Part shown: in pieces, positions 50,890 through 61,639 of the stretch
How the letters are laid out: every line of letters begins with the position of its first letter
How positions within the stretch are numbered: the first letter of the stretch is position 1
The notes under the pieces: model-generated
What the model saw: only the letters and a program-made list of their open reading frames with translations
Told to the model about the DNA's origin: nothing
Database searches by the model: none
Assembly: GCF_902713615.1 (NCBI RefSeq)
Contig: NC_052171.1
Span: 20,248,324 to 20,312,323, forward strand
Length of the DNA: 64,000 nt
Direction: 5' to 3'
Source: Scyliorhinus canicula
Taxonomy: Eukaryota
Translations under genes and position numbers: made by a program

Positions 50890-51985
50890 GTCGATTCCCA
50901 GCTGGGTCACTGTCTGTGTGGAGTCTGCACGTCCTCCCCCTGTGTGCGTGGGTTTCCTCCGGGTGCTCCGGTTTCCTCCCACAGTCCAAAGATGTGCGGG
51001 TTAGGTGGATTGGCCATGCTAAATTGCCCGTAGCGTCCTAATAAAAGTAAGGTTAAGGGAGGGGTTGTTAGGTTACGGGTATAGGGTGGATACGTGGGTT
51101 TGAGTAGGGTGATCATGGCTCGGCACAACATTGAGGGCCGAAGGCCCTGTTCTGTGCTGTACTGTTCTATGTTCTATGTTCTATGTGTCAGCATGGCATG
51201 ACTGCACCCACGTTTAACTCCAGCCACACCTCAGTTATACCGGAGACATCTCCAGCAGAGTTTTCTCCTGCCGATCTCGAAGTTTCGCCCTCACATTTCT
51301 TGCATGACTCAATCTCTGGCATTTTCAAAATTGGGGACAAGTCTGGGGAACACAATTTGTACGCAGTTGATTCCGAAGCAATGGGCTCAAAATAAACAGA
51401 ATTTAAATGAAAAAGTATTTTTATTGAGAAAAGTGTTTCATACGACACAATAAATACAACTGCAGACTCCTCAACCACACACATACTTCCCCCCCCCCCC
51501 CGTACCAACAAAGAAAAACAAGTGCAGCACGGTGGGGCAGTGGTTAGCACTGCTGCCTCACGGCACTGAGGTCCCAGATTCGATCCCGGCTCTGGGTCAC
51601 TGTCCGTGTGGAGTTTGCACATTCTCCCCGTGTCTGCGTGGGTTTCGCCCCCACAACCCAAAGATGTGTAAGGTAGGTGGATTGGCCGCGCTAAATTGCC
51701 CCTTAATTGGAAAAAATTATTGGGTACTCTAAATTTATTAAAAAAGAACAACCGATGGGCAGCACGGTGGCACAGTGGTTAGCATTGCTGCCTACGGCGC
51801 TGAGGACCCGGGTTCGAATCCCGGCCCTGGGTCACTGGCTGTGTGGAGTTTGCACATTCTCCCCGTGTTTGCGTGGGTTTCACCCCCACAACCCAAAAGA
51901 TGTGCAGGATAGGTGGATTGGCCACACTAAATTGCCCCTTAATTGGAAAAAATTGGGCACTCTAAATTTATTTTTAAAAAAAAAG
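50890..51985 (+). mobile_element. Three V-SINEs (~50890-51185, ~51523-51745, ~51757-51985); further copies at ~32925, 35436, 38860, 43636, 44415, 46103, 47911, 49170
   Basis: Recurrent tRNA head + V-core; ~35-40 SINE copies or fragments in the window. Confidence 0.85.
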
Positions 51986-52864
51986 AACAACCGAGGCAAA
52001 ACCCAAAACAAAACCCGGAACCCGCCCGCCCACTTCCCGAATATCAGACGGTGGCTGGCTCCTTGAAACAGGAAAATGAGAGGCTGCCGTCTAGAGTAGA
52101 ACCCTCATGCCGACCCCCTCATTGTGTACTTGACCTTTTCGAAGTGCGGGCAAGCCACCAATACAATCCCCAGAATGCCTTACACGGTGCTGAAGAAGGA
52201 GACCCAAAATCTCCCAGGTTTAGGGCAAGATGGGAACGTATGCGTGTGATTCGCAAGACCCCACTCGCACCAATCCTCCACTTCTGGAAAAAACCCACTC
52301 GTCGATGCCCTGGTCGGATGTGCCCGATGCACCGCCTTGAACTGTATCAAGCTGAGCCCAGCACACGAGCATCTTATCGGGCAATCTTATCTGAAGGCCA
52401 GCACTTTACCTCACTGCATTTTGACTGATTAAGTCAAGGCTGTGGATGGACAGAAGAGGCACATCACCTTGTCAGACAGCTTCACATTTGGATGTGTCAG
52501 ATTTACACAGCGAGAGGAGCCAGGACTGACAAAGCCAGATCCCGGAAATCCACTGCAGTCAACGTGAACAAGTGCAAAGTTTGATGTGTGGAGTGAGCCA
52601 GTTGTTCAGACCTGCACGGGGTTCAGTTCAGTCACTGGTCACACTGCTGTACACAAAGTGAAATTCAAGGTCATCCCTTTGATAATCGGGGAGTTTCTCC
52701 CGGGCCCAGCCCACACTTGGACATGTTTTCAGCAGCTGAACTCACCGGCGAGGCTGGCTCCTCGGAGATCGGGCCGCCATTTCTAAAGAGTGCCCTGATC
52801 TCTGAGTGAGCTTGAAGGTCACCTAGACCCCCCACCACCAACAATGCAACGCCCCCTGAGGCAC

Positions 52865-53500
52865 CCTCAATTACGACGCGAGAGTGAGGTTGGTAATCAA
52901 AAGGCTTTAATCTACAGAGAACTGAACAGCATCCGAGAGAAGTGTGCTCACCACATGGAGCCTTATCCTACATACCGTTTCCTGGGGGCGTAGCCAGAGG
53001 CGGAGTCCCCCAGGGTTCCAAGCCTCTTAAAGGGGCAAGGTATTAAAGGTCAGGTACCGTTTACAGCAGTTATTAATACCGTTCATCACCCCCCCCCCCC
53101 CCTCGTGAGTACACTCTGCTCTGGGGCCGCTGAGGACCCCATCTTTAGGGCCCTCACTTTCAGTCCCCCCCCCTCCTTCACCCCCACACCCTTCATACCC
53201 CCCTTTCATAGACACCTCCCCCCACCCCCCTCAGGCCCAGACCCTTAGTAGTTCTAACCTGGCACTGCAGGCATGCACTTGGGCAGTGCCTCTAACACTC
53301 TGGCAGCTCCTACCTGTCCCTCGCCACCCGGGAGCTCCAATGGTTTTCGAGACCCTCCCGGAGTGGACAACAGACCTGGTCTCCAGCTGTGGAGACTCGT
53401 GCGAAACGGAGCCCGGGACTTCGTGGGCACCGGAAGAGTTTCGAGGGGTTAATAATCTCTGGTTATGTATAAATAGAGTTGGCCAGTGAGGCACCGATTA
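52865..53500 (-). mobile_element. Possible Gypsy-type LTR plus adjacent internal remnant
   Basis: Minus strand shows a G-rich PPT-like run, then TGATGAA..., a GC box and ATTAAA. Confidence 0.4.
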
Positions 53501-54162
53501 ATACAGAACGGCCATTAGGGAACGTCTGGAGCTGTAAATAATAGTTATTGTAAAATAGAGTAAGTTTTGTTTTGTTTTGAACGGCTGGGTGAGGACTCTT
53601 TGCTATCCTGACACACACACTGATCAGACCCGTGGAGCAGTAGTGGGCTATCTCCTCAGTGCTTGTTCTCTGCCACTGCCACACGTCTTGCAGGAATTTG
53701 CCACAGGCACATTGCAATGCCCGACTTGCAGTCTGCAGCCAGGAGGCTGAGTTCAGTGTTGGGTTTCCATCTCAGCACATCCCAAAGAGCCCAACGTCGC
53801 GTCCACAACCCAGGAGCAGGTGAGCCCCTCCAATTGGCCGACTCTGGCACAGCTCAGTCCACACAAGGCTTCTCCCGTCGAACCCCAACATCACCTCCCC
53901 CCAGTCCGCATCCCCTTCCATTCCTTCATCTCACTTTCCCTCTCAGGCTTTAGTTTGAACTATTCCATGGCGATGGGTTCCGTGTTCTTCCCACTCTCCG
54001 GGTACTGCCAACAAAAATAGTTTTCATGTGTAGCCAGTATTGTCAGGGAGGGAGCAAGGCACACAATTTGGACACAGTAAGATCTGAATCACAGCAATCG
54101 GGCAATCGGTTTTCGTTACCTTGGCTGAGAGATCAATATTGACCAGAACACTGGGAATAACA

Positions 54163-54440
54163 TTGGATAAAAGCAAATTACTGCGGATGCTGGAATCTGA
54201 AACAAAAGAGAAAATGCTGGAATATCTCAGCAAGTCTGGCAGCATCTGTAGGGAGAGAAAACAGCTAACGTTTCGAGTCCGATGACTCTTTGACAAACTT
54301 TGTCAACTTTGACAAACTTTGTCAACTTTGACAAACTTTGTCAACTTTGACAAAGAGTCATCGGACTCTAAACGTTCGGTCTTTTCTCTCCCTACAGATG
54401 CTGCCAGGCGTGCTGAGATTTTCCAGCATTTTCTCTTTGG
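54163..54440. mobile_element. Penelope-like palindromic remnant
   Basis: 13-bp TSD ACTGGGAATAACA (54150-54162 / 54441-54453); ~95-bp inverted arms; central 19-bp repeats; related piece at ~49000-49095. Confidence 0.75.
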
Positions 54441-54990
54441 ACTGGGAATAACACCCCTGCTTTCTTCAGAGAAGCGCCGAGGGATCTTTTTCCACCCACC
54501 TGAGAGATCTAACCTGGTTTAATGTCTTGACGGAAAGCCGTAGAAACTGTCTTGTGGTCATTTTCACGGGCAGGTTGGGGAACTGTGAAAACACAGGCCA
54601 GTTAACCGCAGTACAGGGTCGGCTCCACCATCCCCACAGCTGGAGGCTGGTTTTTCAGCAGGCGAGGGTTACCTTGCCGTGTCACTGGGATCGGACTGGA
54701 GGTATGATGAACCTATCACACTGGCTCTGATTTCTCCTGACCGCCACACTGCCACACACTCCCCCCTTCCAAGCTGTGAAAGCTTATTCGTGCCTATGGT
54801 GGCGAAGATCACATGAAGGCAGTTCAATGCCTCGGCCCAATTTGAGAATCGACATGAGGAGGCAAGTAGCTGAGAGTATCGAAGCGAGGGATTCTGGCTC
54901 AACTGGCTAACGGCAAGACTTGTTAAAGGGTTCACAGACTACCTTTGTATTAACTATGCAGTAGACAATGCTTTTGTGGTGATTGTGTAT

Positions 54991-55024
<34 letters not shown>

Positions 55025-55092
55025 CTGTCCGTTGGATTGCTAAACTAACAACCTTTTTATTTTTCACTTGTTGGGAAGTTAGTCCAGTGGGA

Positions 55093-56028
55093 ATGGAGGC
55101 TAGGGCAGTTGAATGTTCCTCCTGCAGAATGTGGGAGGAAAGGGTCACCTCTAGTATCCCTTCTGACTACATCTGCGGGAAGTGCACCCAACTCCAGCTC
55201 CTCGAGAGCCGCATTAGGGACCTGGAGCTGGAGCTGGATGAACTTCGGATCATTCGGGAGGCGGAGGAGGTTATTGAGAGGAGTTATAGGGAGGTAGTCA
55301 CACCTCAGGTAAAAGAAGAAAGTAGATGGGTTACCGTCAGGGGAGGGAGAGGGAACCGGCAGGCAGTGCAGGGATCCCCTGTGGTCGTTCCCCTCTATAA
55401 CAAGTATACCGTTTTGGATACTGTTGCGGGGGACGACTTACCAGGGGTAAGCAATAGGGCGCAGGTCTCTGGCACAGAGTCTGTCCCTGTTGCTCAGACG
55501 GGAAGGGAGAAGAGGAACAGAGCACTTGTCATTGGGGACTCCATAGTTAGAGGAACAGACAGGAGGTTCTGTGGGAACGAAAGAGACTCACGGTTGGTAT
55601 GTTGCCTCCCAGGTGCCAGGGTTCGTGATGTCTCTGATCGTGTTTTTGGGATCCTTAAGGGGGAGGGGGAGCAGCCCCAAGTCGTGGTCCACATAGGTAC
55701 CAACGACATAGGTAGGAAGAGAGATGGGGATTTGAGACAGACATTCAGGGAGCTAGGGTGGAAGCTGAGAGCTAGAACAAACAGAGTTGTTATCTCTGGG
55801 TTGTTACCCATGCCACGTGCTAGCGAAGTGAGAAATAAGGAGAGAGAGGAGTTGAACACGTGGCTACAGGGATGGTGCAGGAGGGAGGGTTTTGGTTTCC
55901 TGGATAATTGGGGCTCATTCTGGGGTAGGTGGGACCTCTACAAACAGGATGGTCTTCACCTGAACCAGAGGGGTACCAATATCCTGGGGGGGAGATTTGC
56001 TAGTGCTCTTCGGGGGGGTTTAAACTAA
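55093..56028 (+). CDS. CR1 ORF1 (311 aa): zinc finger/leucine zipper + SGNH esterase
   Basis: CSSC...CGKC, heptad leucines, VIGDSIVRG, HIGTNDI, DGLHLN. Confidence 0.92.
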   Translation: MEARAVECSSCRMWEERVTSSIPSDYICGKCTQLQLLESRIRDLELELDELRIIREAEEVIERSYREVVTPQVKEESRWVTVRGGRGNRQAVQGSPVVVPLYNKYTVLDTVAGDDLPGVSNRAQVSGTESVPVAQTGREKRNRALVIGDSIVRGTDRRFCGNERDSRLVCCLPGARVRDVSDRVFGILKGEGEQPQVVVHIGTNDIGRKRDGDLRQTFRELGWKLRARTNRVVISGLLPMPRASEVRNKEREELNTWLQGWCRREGFGFLDNWGSFWGRWDLYKQDGLHLNQRGTNILGGRFASALRGGLN

Positions 56029-58910
56029 TTCAGCAGGGGGATGGGAACCTAAATTGTAGTCCCTGTGTACAGGATGTTGAGAGTAGTGAGGTCAGGGATA
56101 GGGTTAAAAGTTCGAAAGAGGGCACCGGCAAGCAGGACGCTGGTTTGAAGTGTGTCTACTTCAACGCCAGGAGCATCCGGAATAAGGTGGGTGAGCTTGC
56201 AGCATGGGTTGGTACCTGGGATCTCGATGTTGTGGCGATTTCGGAGACATGGGTAGAGCAGGGACAGGAATGGTTGTTGCAGGTTCCAGGATTTAGATGT
56301 TTCTGTAAGAACAGAGAAGATGGTAAAAGAGGAGGGGGTGTGGCATTGTTAATCAAGGAAAGTATTACGGCGGTAGAAAGGACGCTTGAGGACTCGTCTA
56401 CTGAGGCAGTACGGGCCGAGGTTAGGAACAGTAGAGGAGAGGTCACCCTGTTGGGAGTTGTCTATAGACCTCCGAATAGTCCCAGAGATGTCGAGGAAAG
56501 GATTGCAAAGATGATTCTTGACAGGAGCGAGAGTAACAGGGTAGTTGTTATGGGGGACTTTAACTTTCCAAATATTGACTGGAAATACTATAGTTCGAGT
56601 ACTATAGATGGGTCAGTTTTTGTGCAGTGTGTGCAGGAGGGTTTTCTGACACAGTATGTAGACAGACCAACAAGGGGCGAGGCCACATTGGATTTGGTAC
56701 TGGGTAATGAACCCGGCCAGGTGTTAGATTTAGATGTAGGTGAGCACTTTGGTGATAGTGATCACAACTCGGTTATGTTTACTTTAGCAATGGGCAGGGA
56801 TAGGTATATACCGCAAGGCAAGAATTATAGCTGGGGGAAAGGCAATTATGATGCTATTCGGCAAGATTTAGGAGGTATAGGATGGGGAAGGAAACTGCAG
56901 GGGATGGGTACAATCGAAATGTGGAGCTTTTTCAAGGAACAGCTACTGCGTGTCCTTGATAAGTATGTACCTGTCAGGCAGGGAGGAAGTTGTCGAGCAA
57001 GGGAGCCGTGGTTTACTAAGGAAGTTGAAGCACTTGTCAAGAGGAAGAAGAAGGCTTATGTTAGGATGAGACATGAAGGCTCAGTTAGGGCACTTGAGAG
57101 TTACAAGTTAGCCAGGAAGGACCTAAAGGGAGAGTTAAGAAGAGCAAGGAGAGGACACGAAAAGTCGTTGGCGGATAGGATCAAGGAAAACCCTAAGGCT
57201 TTCTATAGGTATATCAGGAACAAAAGAATGACTCGAGTAAGATTAGGGCCAATCAAGGATAGTAGTGGAAAGTTGTGTGTGGAATCAGAGGAGATAGGGG
57301 AAGCATTAAATGGATATTTTTCGTCAGTGTTTACACTGGAGAAAGACAATGTTGTCGAGGAGAACACTCAGGTTCAGTCGACCAGGCTAGATGGAATTGA
57401 GGTTCAAAAGGAGGAGGTGTGAGCAATTTTAGAAAATGTCAAAATAGATAAGTCCCCTGGGCCAGATGGGATTTATCCTAGGATTCTCTGGGAAGCCAGG
57501 GAGGAGATTGCAGAGCCTTTGTCCTTGATATTTATGTCGTCTTTGTCGACAGGAATAGTGCCGGAAGACTGGAGGATAGCAAATGTTGTCCCCTTGTTCA
57601 AGAAGGGGAGTAGAGACAACCCTGGTAATTATAGACCTGTGAGCCTTACTTCGGTTGTGGGTAAAATGTTGGAAAAGGTTATAAGAGATAGGGTTTATAA
57701 TCATCTTGAAAAGAACAAGTTGATTAGCGATACTCAACACGGTTTTGTGAAGGGTAGGTCATGTCTCACAAACCTTATTGAGTTTTTTGAGAAGGTGACC
57801 AAACAGGTGGATCAGGGTAAAGCTGTTGATGTGGTGTATATGGATTTCAGTAAGGCGTTTGATAAGGTTCCCCACGGTAGGCTTTTGCAGAAAATAAGGA
57901 AGTATGGAATTGAAGGTGATTTAGCGGTTTGGATCAGTAATTGGCTAGCTGAAAGAAGACAGAGGGTGGTGGTTGATGGCAAATGTTCATCCTGGAGTTC
58001 AGTTACTAGTGGTGTACCGCAAGGATCTGTTTTGGGGCCACTGCTGTTTGTAATTTTTATAAATGACCTGGAAGAGGGTGTAGAAGGATGGGTTAGTAAA
58101 TTTGCAGATGACACGAAGGTCGGTGGAGTTGTGGATAGTGCTGAAGGATGTTATAGGATACAGAGGGACATAGATAAGCTGCAGAGCTGGGCAGAGAGGT
58201 GGCAGATGGAGTTTAATGCGGAAAAGTGTGAGGTGGTTCACTTTGGAAGGAGTAACAGGAATGCAGAGTACTGGGCTAATGGCAAGATTCTTGGTAGTGT
58301 AGATGAACAGAGAGATCTCGGCATCCAGGTACATAAATCCCTGAAAGTTGCCACCCAGGTTAATAGGGCTGTTAAGAAGGCATATGGTGTGCTAGCCTTT
58401 ATAAGCAGGGGGATTGAGTTTCGGAACCACAGGGTCATGCTGCAGCTGTACATAACTCTGGTGCGGCCACACCTGGAGTACTGCGTGCAGTTCTGGTCAC
58501 CACATTATAGGAAGGATGTGGAAGCTTTGGAAAGGGTTCAGAGGAGATTTACTAGGATGTTGCCTGGTATGGAGGGAAGGTCTTACGAGGAAAGGCTCAG
58601 GGAATTGAGGTTGTTTTCGTTAGAGAGGAGAAGGCTGAGAGGTGACTTAATAGAGACATATAAGATAGTCAGAGGGTTAGATAGGGTGGACAGTGAGAGT
58701 CTTTTTCCTCGGATGGTGATGACCAACACGAGGGGACATAGCTTTAAATTGAGGGGTGAGAGATATAGGACAGATGTCAGAGGCAGTTTCTTTACTCAGA
58801 GAGTAGTAGGGGTGTGGAACGCCCTGCCTGCAACAGTAGTAGACTCGCCAACTTTAAGGGCATTTAAGTGGTCACTGGATAGACATATGGATGAAAATGG
58901 AATAGTGTAG
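56025..58910 (+). pseudogene. CR1 ORF2 (APE endonuclease + RT), one frame with a single TGA at 57420-57422
   Basis: YFNARS, ISETW, GDFN, SDHN, KAFDKVPH, GVPQGSVLGP, FADD; track ORFs 56145-57422 and 57519-58910 are in the same frame. Confidence 0.92.
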
Positions 58911-59855
58911 GTCAGATAGGCTTCAGATGGTTTCACAGGTCGGCGCAACATCGAGGGCCGAAGGGCCCGTACTGCGCTGTAGTGTTCTATGTTCTATGTT
59001 CAGTGTAGATGCAATACAACTGAGCAAGCACTAGAGGGAGCACGGGAGAGCTATAAATACAGAGGGACACTGGTTGGGTGGATTGGCCATGAAAAATTGT
59101 CCAAAATTCTATGATTAACCTAGGACAAAAGTTCGGCGCAACATCGTGGGCCGAAGGGCCTGTTCTGTGCTGTATTTCTCTATACTCTATACTTCACAGA
59201 AGGGGGATTTGGCAGTAGGACAGGCAAGCAGCATTGAGGTAGCGGTCAGTTGAGCTCTGAAGACAGAACAAATTCACAATAAAGCATCTTCTCCAACTTT
59301 GAGACTACTAGCTTTATTAAGACACAAGAAACAACACAGCTTTGATCAAGTATTTGGCCATTGAAATTTGGTAATTTTGCCACCATTCTAGACCCTTTGT
59401 TTGGTGGAATTTGTTGCATCCAAGATTCATTTCACAAATGGCAAATAAGACCTTCACAGAACTATCAACATCCTGGGGGTTACCAATGATCAGAAACTGA
59501 ACTGGACTCATCCATATTAATACTGTGGCTACCAGAGCTGGTCAGAGGCTGGGAGTCCTGCAGTGAATAACTCGCCTTGAGACCCCCCAAAGCCTGTCCA
59601 CCATCTACAAGGCACAAGTCAGGAGTGTGATGGAATACTCTCCACTTGCCTGGATGAGTGCAGCTCCAACAACACTCAAGAAGCTCAACACCATCCAGGA
59701 CAAAGCAGCCCCGCTTGATTGCTCCCCCTTCCACAAACATTCACTCCCTCCACCACCGACGCACAGTGGCAGCCGTGTGTACCATCCACAAGATGGGAAA
59801 ATCATTGCCCACGATATCTGCACTGGCCTTTCCCTCACTGAAGATAAGATGTCTT

Positions 59856-60449
59856 GGGCTGGATTCTCCGGTCGCCCACGGCAAAATCGTGATCGGCGAT
59901 TGGCCGGAGAATCAACGTTTCCGCCCAAATCGGGGGCAGCGCCGCTTTCGCAATACTCTAGGCGCACTCCGCGCCACGCATCGACGGCCTCAGCACATTT
60001 CCTGAGGCCCGCCCCCCCACGACGCTCCGCCCCTGACCAGCCGAGTCCCCGACCTCGTCGGTCGCGTGTGGCCCCAGCCAGTCAGGAACGCGGCTTGGCG
60101 GCTTTGGACTCAGTCCAGCACCGCCACAGTTGGGGGGGAGGGCCAATCCACGGGCAGTGGGGGGGGGGGGGGGGACGGACATTATTCAGGGCTGGGGGCA
60201 CTGTAAGGGGTGGTACGGGTGCGCGAGATGGGCACTATTTCACAGGCCAGTTCCACGAGCGGCTGCAGCAATAGAGCACAATGCGGCCACGGACCCACCA
60301 ATTCTCCGGGGTGCTCTACGCGGCCGGCATGCTCGTCCCCAGCAAAATGGGGAACCTGTGGCCGATGTGTGCCATTTGTTTCTGCCGTAAAATGCTGCCA
60401 TTTCCAAGCCGGCGTGGAGCCGGCGCCCCACAATTGGAGAATACAGCCC
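59856..60449. mobile_element. Non-autonomous DNA transposon (PIF/Harbinger-like MITE)
   Basis: 14-bp TIR GGGCTG(G/T)ATTCTCC, 3-bp TSD CTT (59853-59855 / 60450-60452), CpG-rich interior. Confidence 0.75.
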
Positions 60450-60604
60450 CTTGTCTCAGAACTGTGGACTGCTGCCGGGTTCCGCATTGATGAAGCCCCA
60501 CGACTGCATACGTTGCCCGAGTAAGAGGACGATCGAGTCACAGTTGGATTGGGTTTGGTGTGCCAAGAATTGGGTCTCATGTTACTCGCCGGCAGGAAGC
60601 TGCA

Positions 60605-61397
60605 GAGAATCCCGGCCCCGGGTTACTGTCCATGTGGGTGAGCTTGCACATTCTCCCCGTGTTTGCGTGGGTTTCGCCCCCAACAACCCAAAGATGTGCA
60701 GGGTAGGTGGATTGGCCACCCTAAATTGCCCCTTCATTGGAAAAAAAAGAATTGGTACTCTGAATGTATTCATTGAAAAAAAGAAAGCAGGGCAGCACGG
60801 TGACGCAGTGGGTTAGCATTGCTGCCTCACGGTGCCGAGGTCCCAGGTTCGATCCCGGCTCTGGGTCACTGTCCGTGTGGACTTTGCACATTCTCCCCGT
60901 GTTTGCATGGGTTTCGCCCCCACAACCCAAAGATGTGCCGGGCAGGTGGATTGGCCACGCTAAATTGCCCCTTAATTGGAAAAAATGAATTGGGTACTCT
61001 AAATTTATTTTTAAAAAGCTGTGGAGATATTTGGGAGGAGCTGGTTTCACACGCTCCACCTTCTTGGTTTACCGTTATAACTTCTGCAAGAAGGGGCAGC
61101 ACGGTGGCCTAGTGGTTAGCACAACCGCCTCACGGCGCTGAGCTCCCAGGTTCGATCCCGGCTCTGGGTCACTGTCCGTGTGGACTTTGCACATTCTCCC
61201 CGTGTTTGCATGGGTTTCACCCCCACAACCCAAAGATGTGCACGGTAGATGGATTGGCCACGCTAAATTGCCCCTTAATTGGAAAAAATGAATTGGGTAC
61301 TCTAAATTTATTTTTAAAAAGCTGTGGAGATATTTGGGAGGAGCTGGTTTCACACGAGGCACCTTCTTGGTTTACCGTGATAACTTCTGCAAGAGGG
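60605..61397 (+). mobile_element. Three tandem V-SINEs with a duplicated ~80-bp unique flank
   Basis: SINEs ~60605-60785, 60790-61017, 61093-61320; gctgtggagatatttggg...acttctgcaaga occurs twice. Confidence 0.85.
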
Positions 61398-61639
61398 AAC
61401 TTCCCTTACATAGAACACAATGCCGTAAATAAACCAGGGTGTGAAATGTTCGCTGTTTTGCATCGTGTGGAACAAACACCAGCTTCACCACTCTGCCAAA
61501 GGAGGACCAGCTGGATGTTTATTGCTCAACCTGCTTTAAAATGTGGCGGTGGACACATTAGTGACCAGCTCTCAAACCTTATTGTGGCTTGAGAAATCAC
61601 GCTCGTTAATTTGATGCATTACTCAGCTTTGGCTGTCAG

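Larger units (their letters stand above)
54992..59001 (+). mobile_element. Near full-length CR1 LINE
   Basis: Both ORFs present, 3'UTR ends in (TTCTATG)n. Confidence 0.96.
54975..59338 (+). mobile_element. Solo LTR (TG...CA, 5-bp TSD GCTTT) hosting a CR1 LINE and a SINE/CR1-tail fragment
   Basis: GCTTT 54970-54974 / 59339-59343; termini TGTGGTG...CAACACA; TATAAATA ~59052; AATAAA ~59278. Confidence 0.75.

Noticed and set aside
54976-55092. Poly-Lys N-terminal extension of CR1 ORF1 in the ORF track
   Set aside because: Starts at a GTG in the host LTR and reads through the A-tract; ATG 55093 is the plausible start
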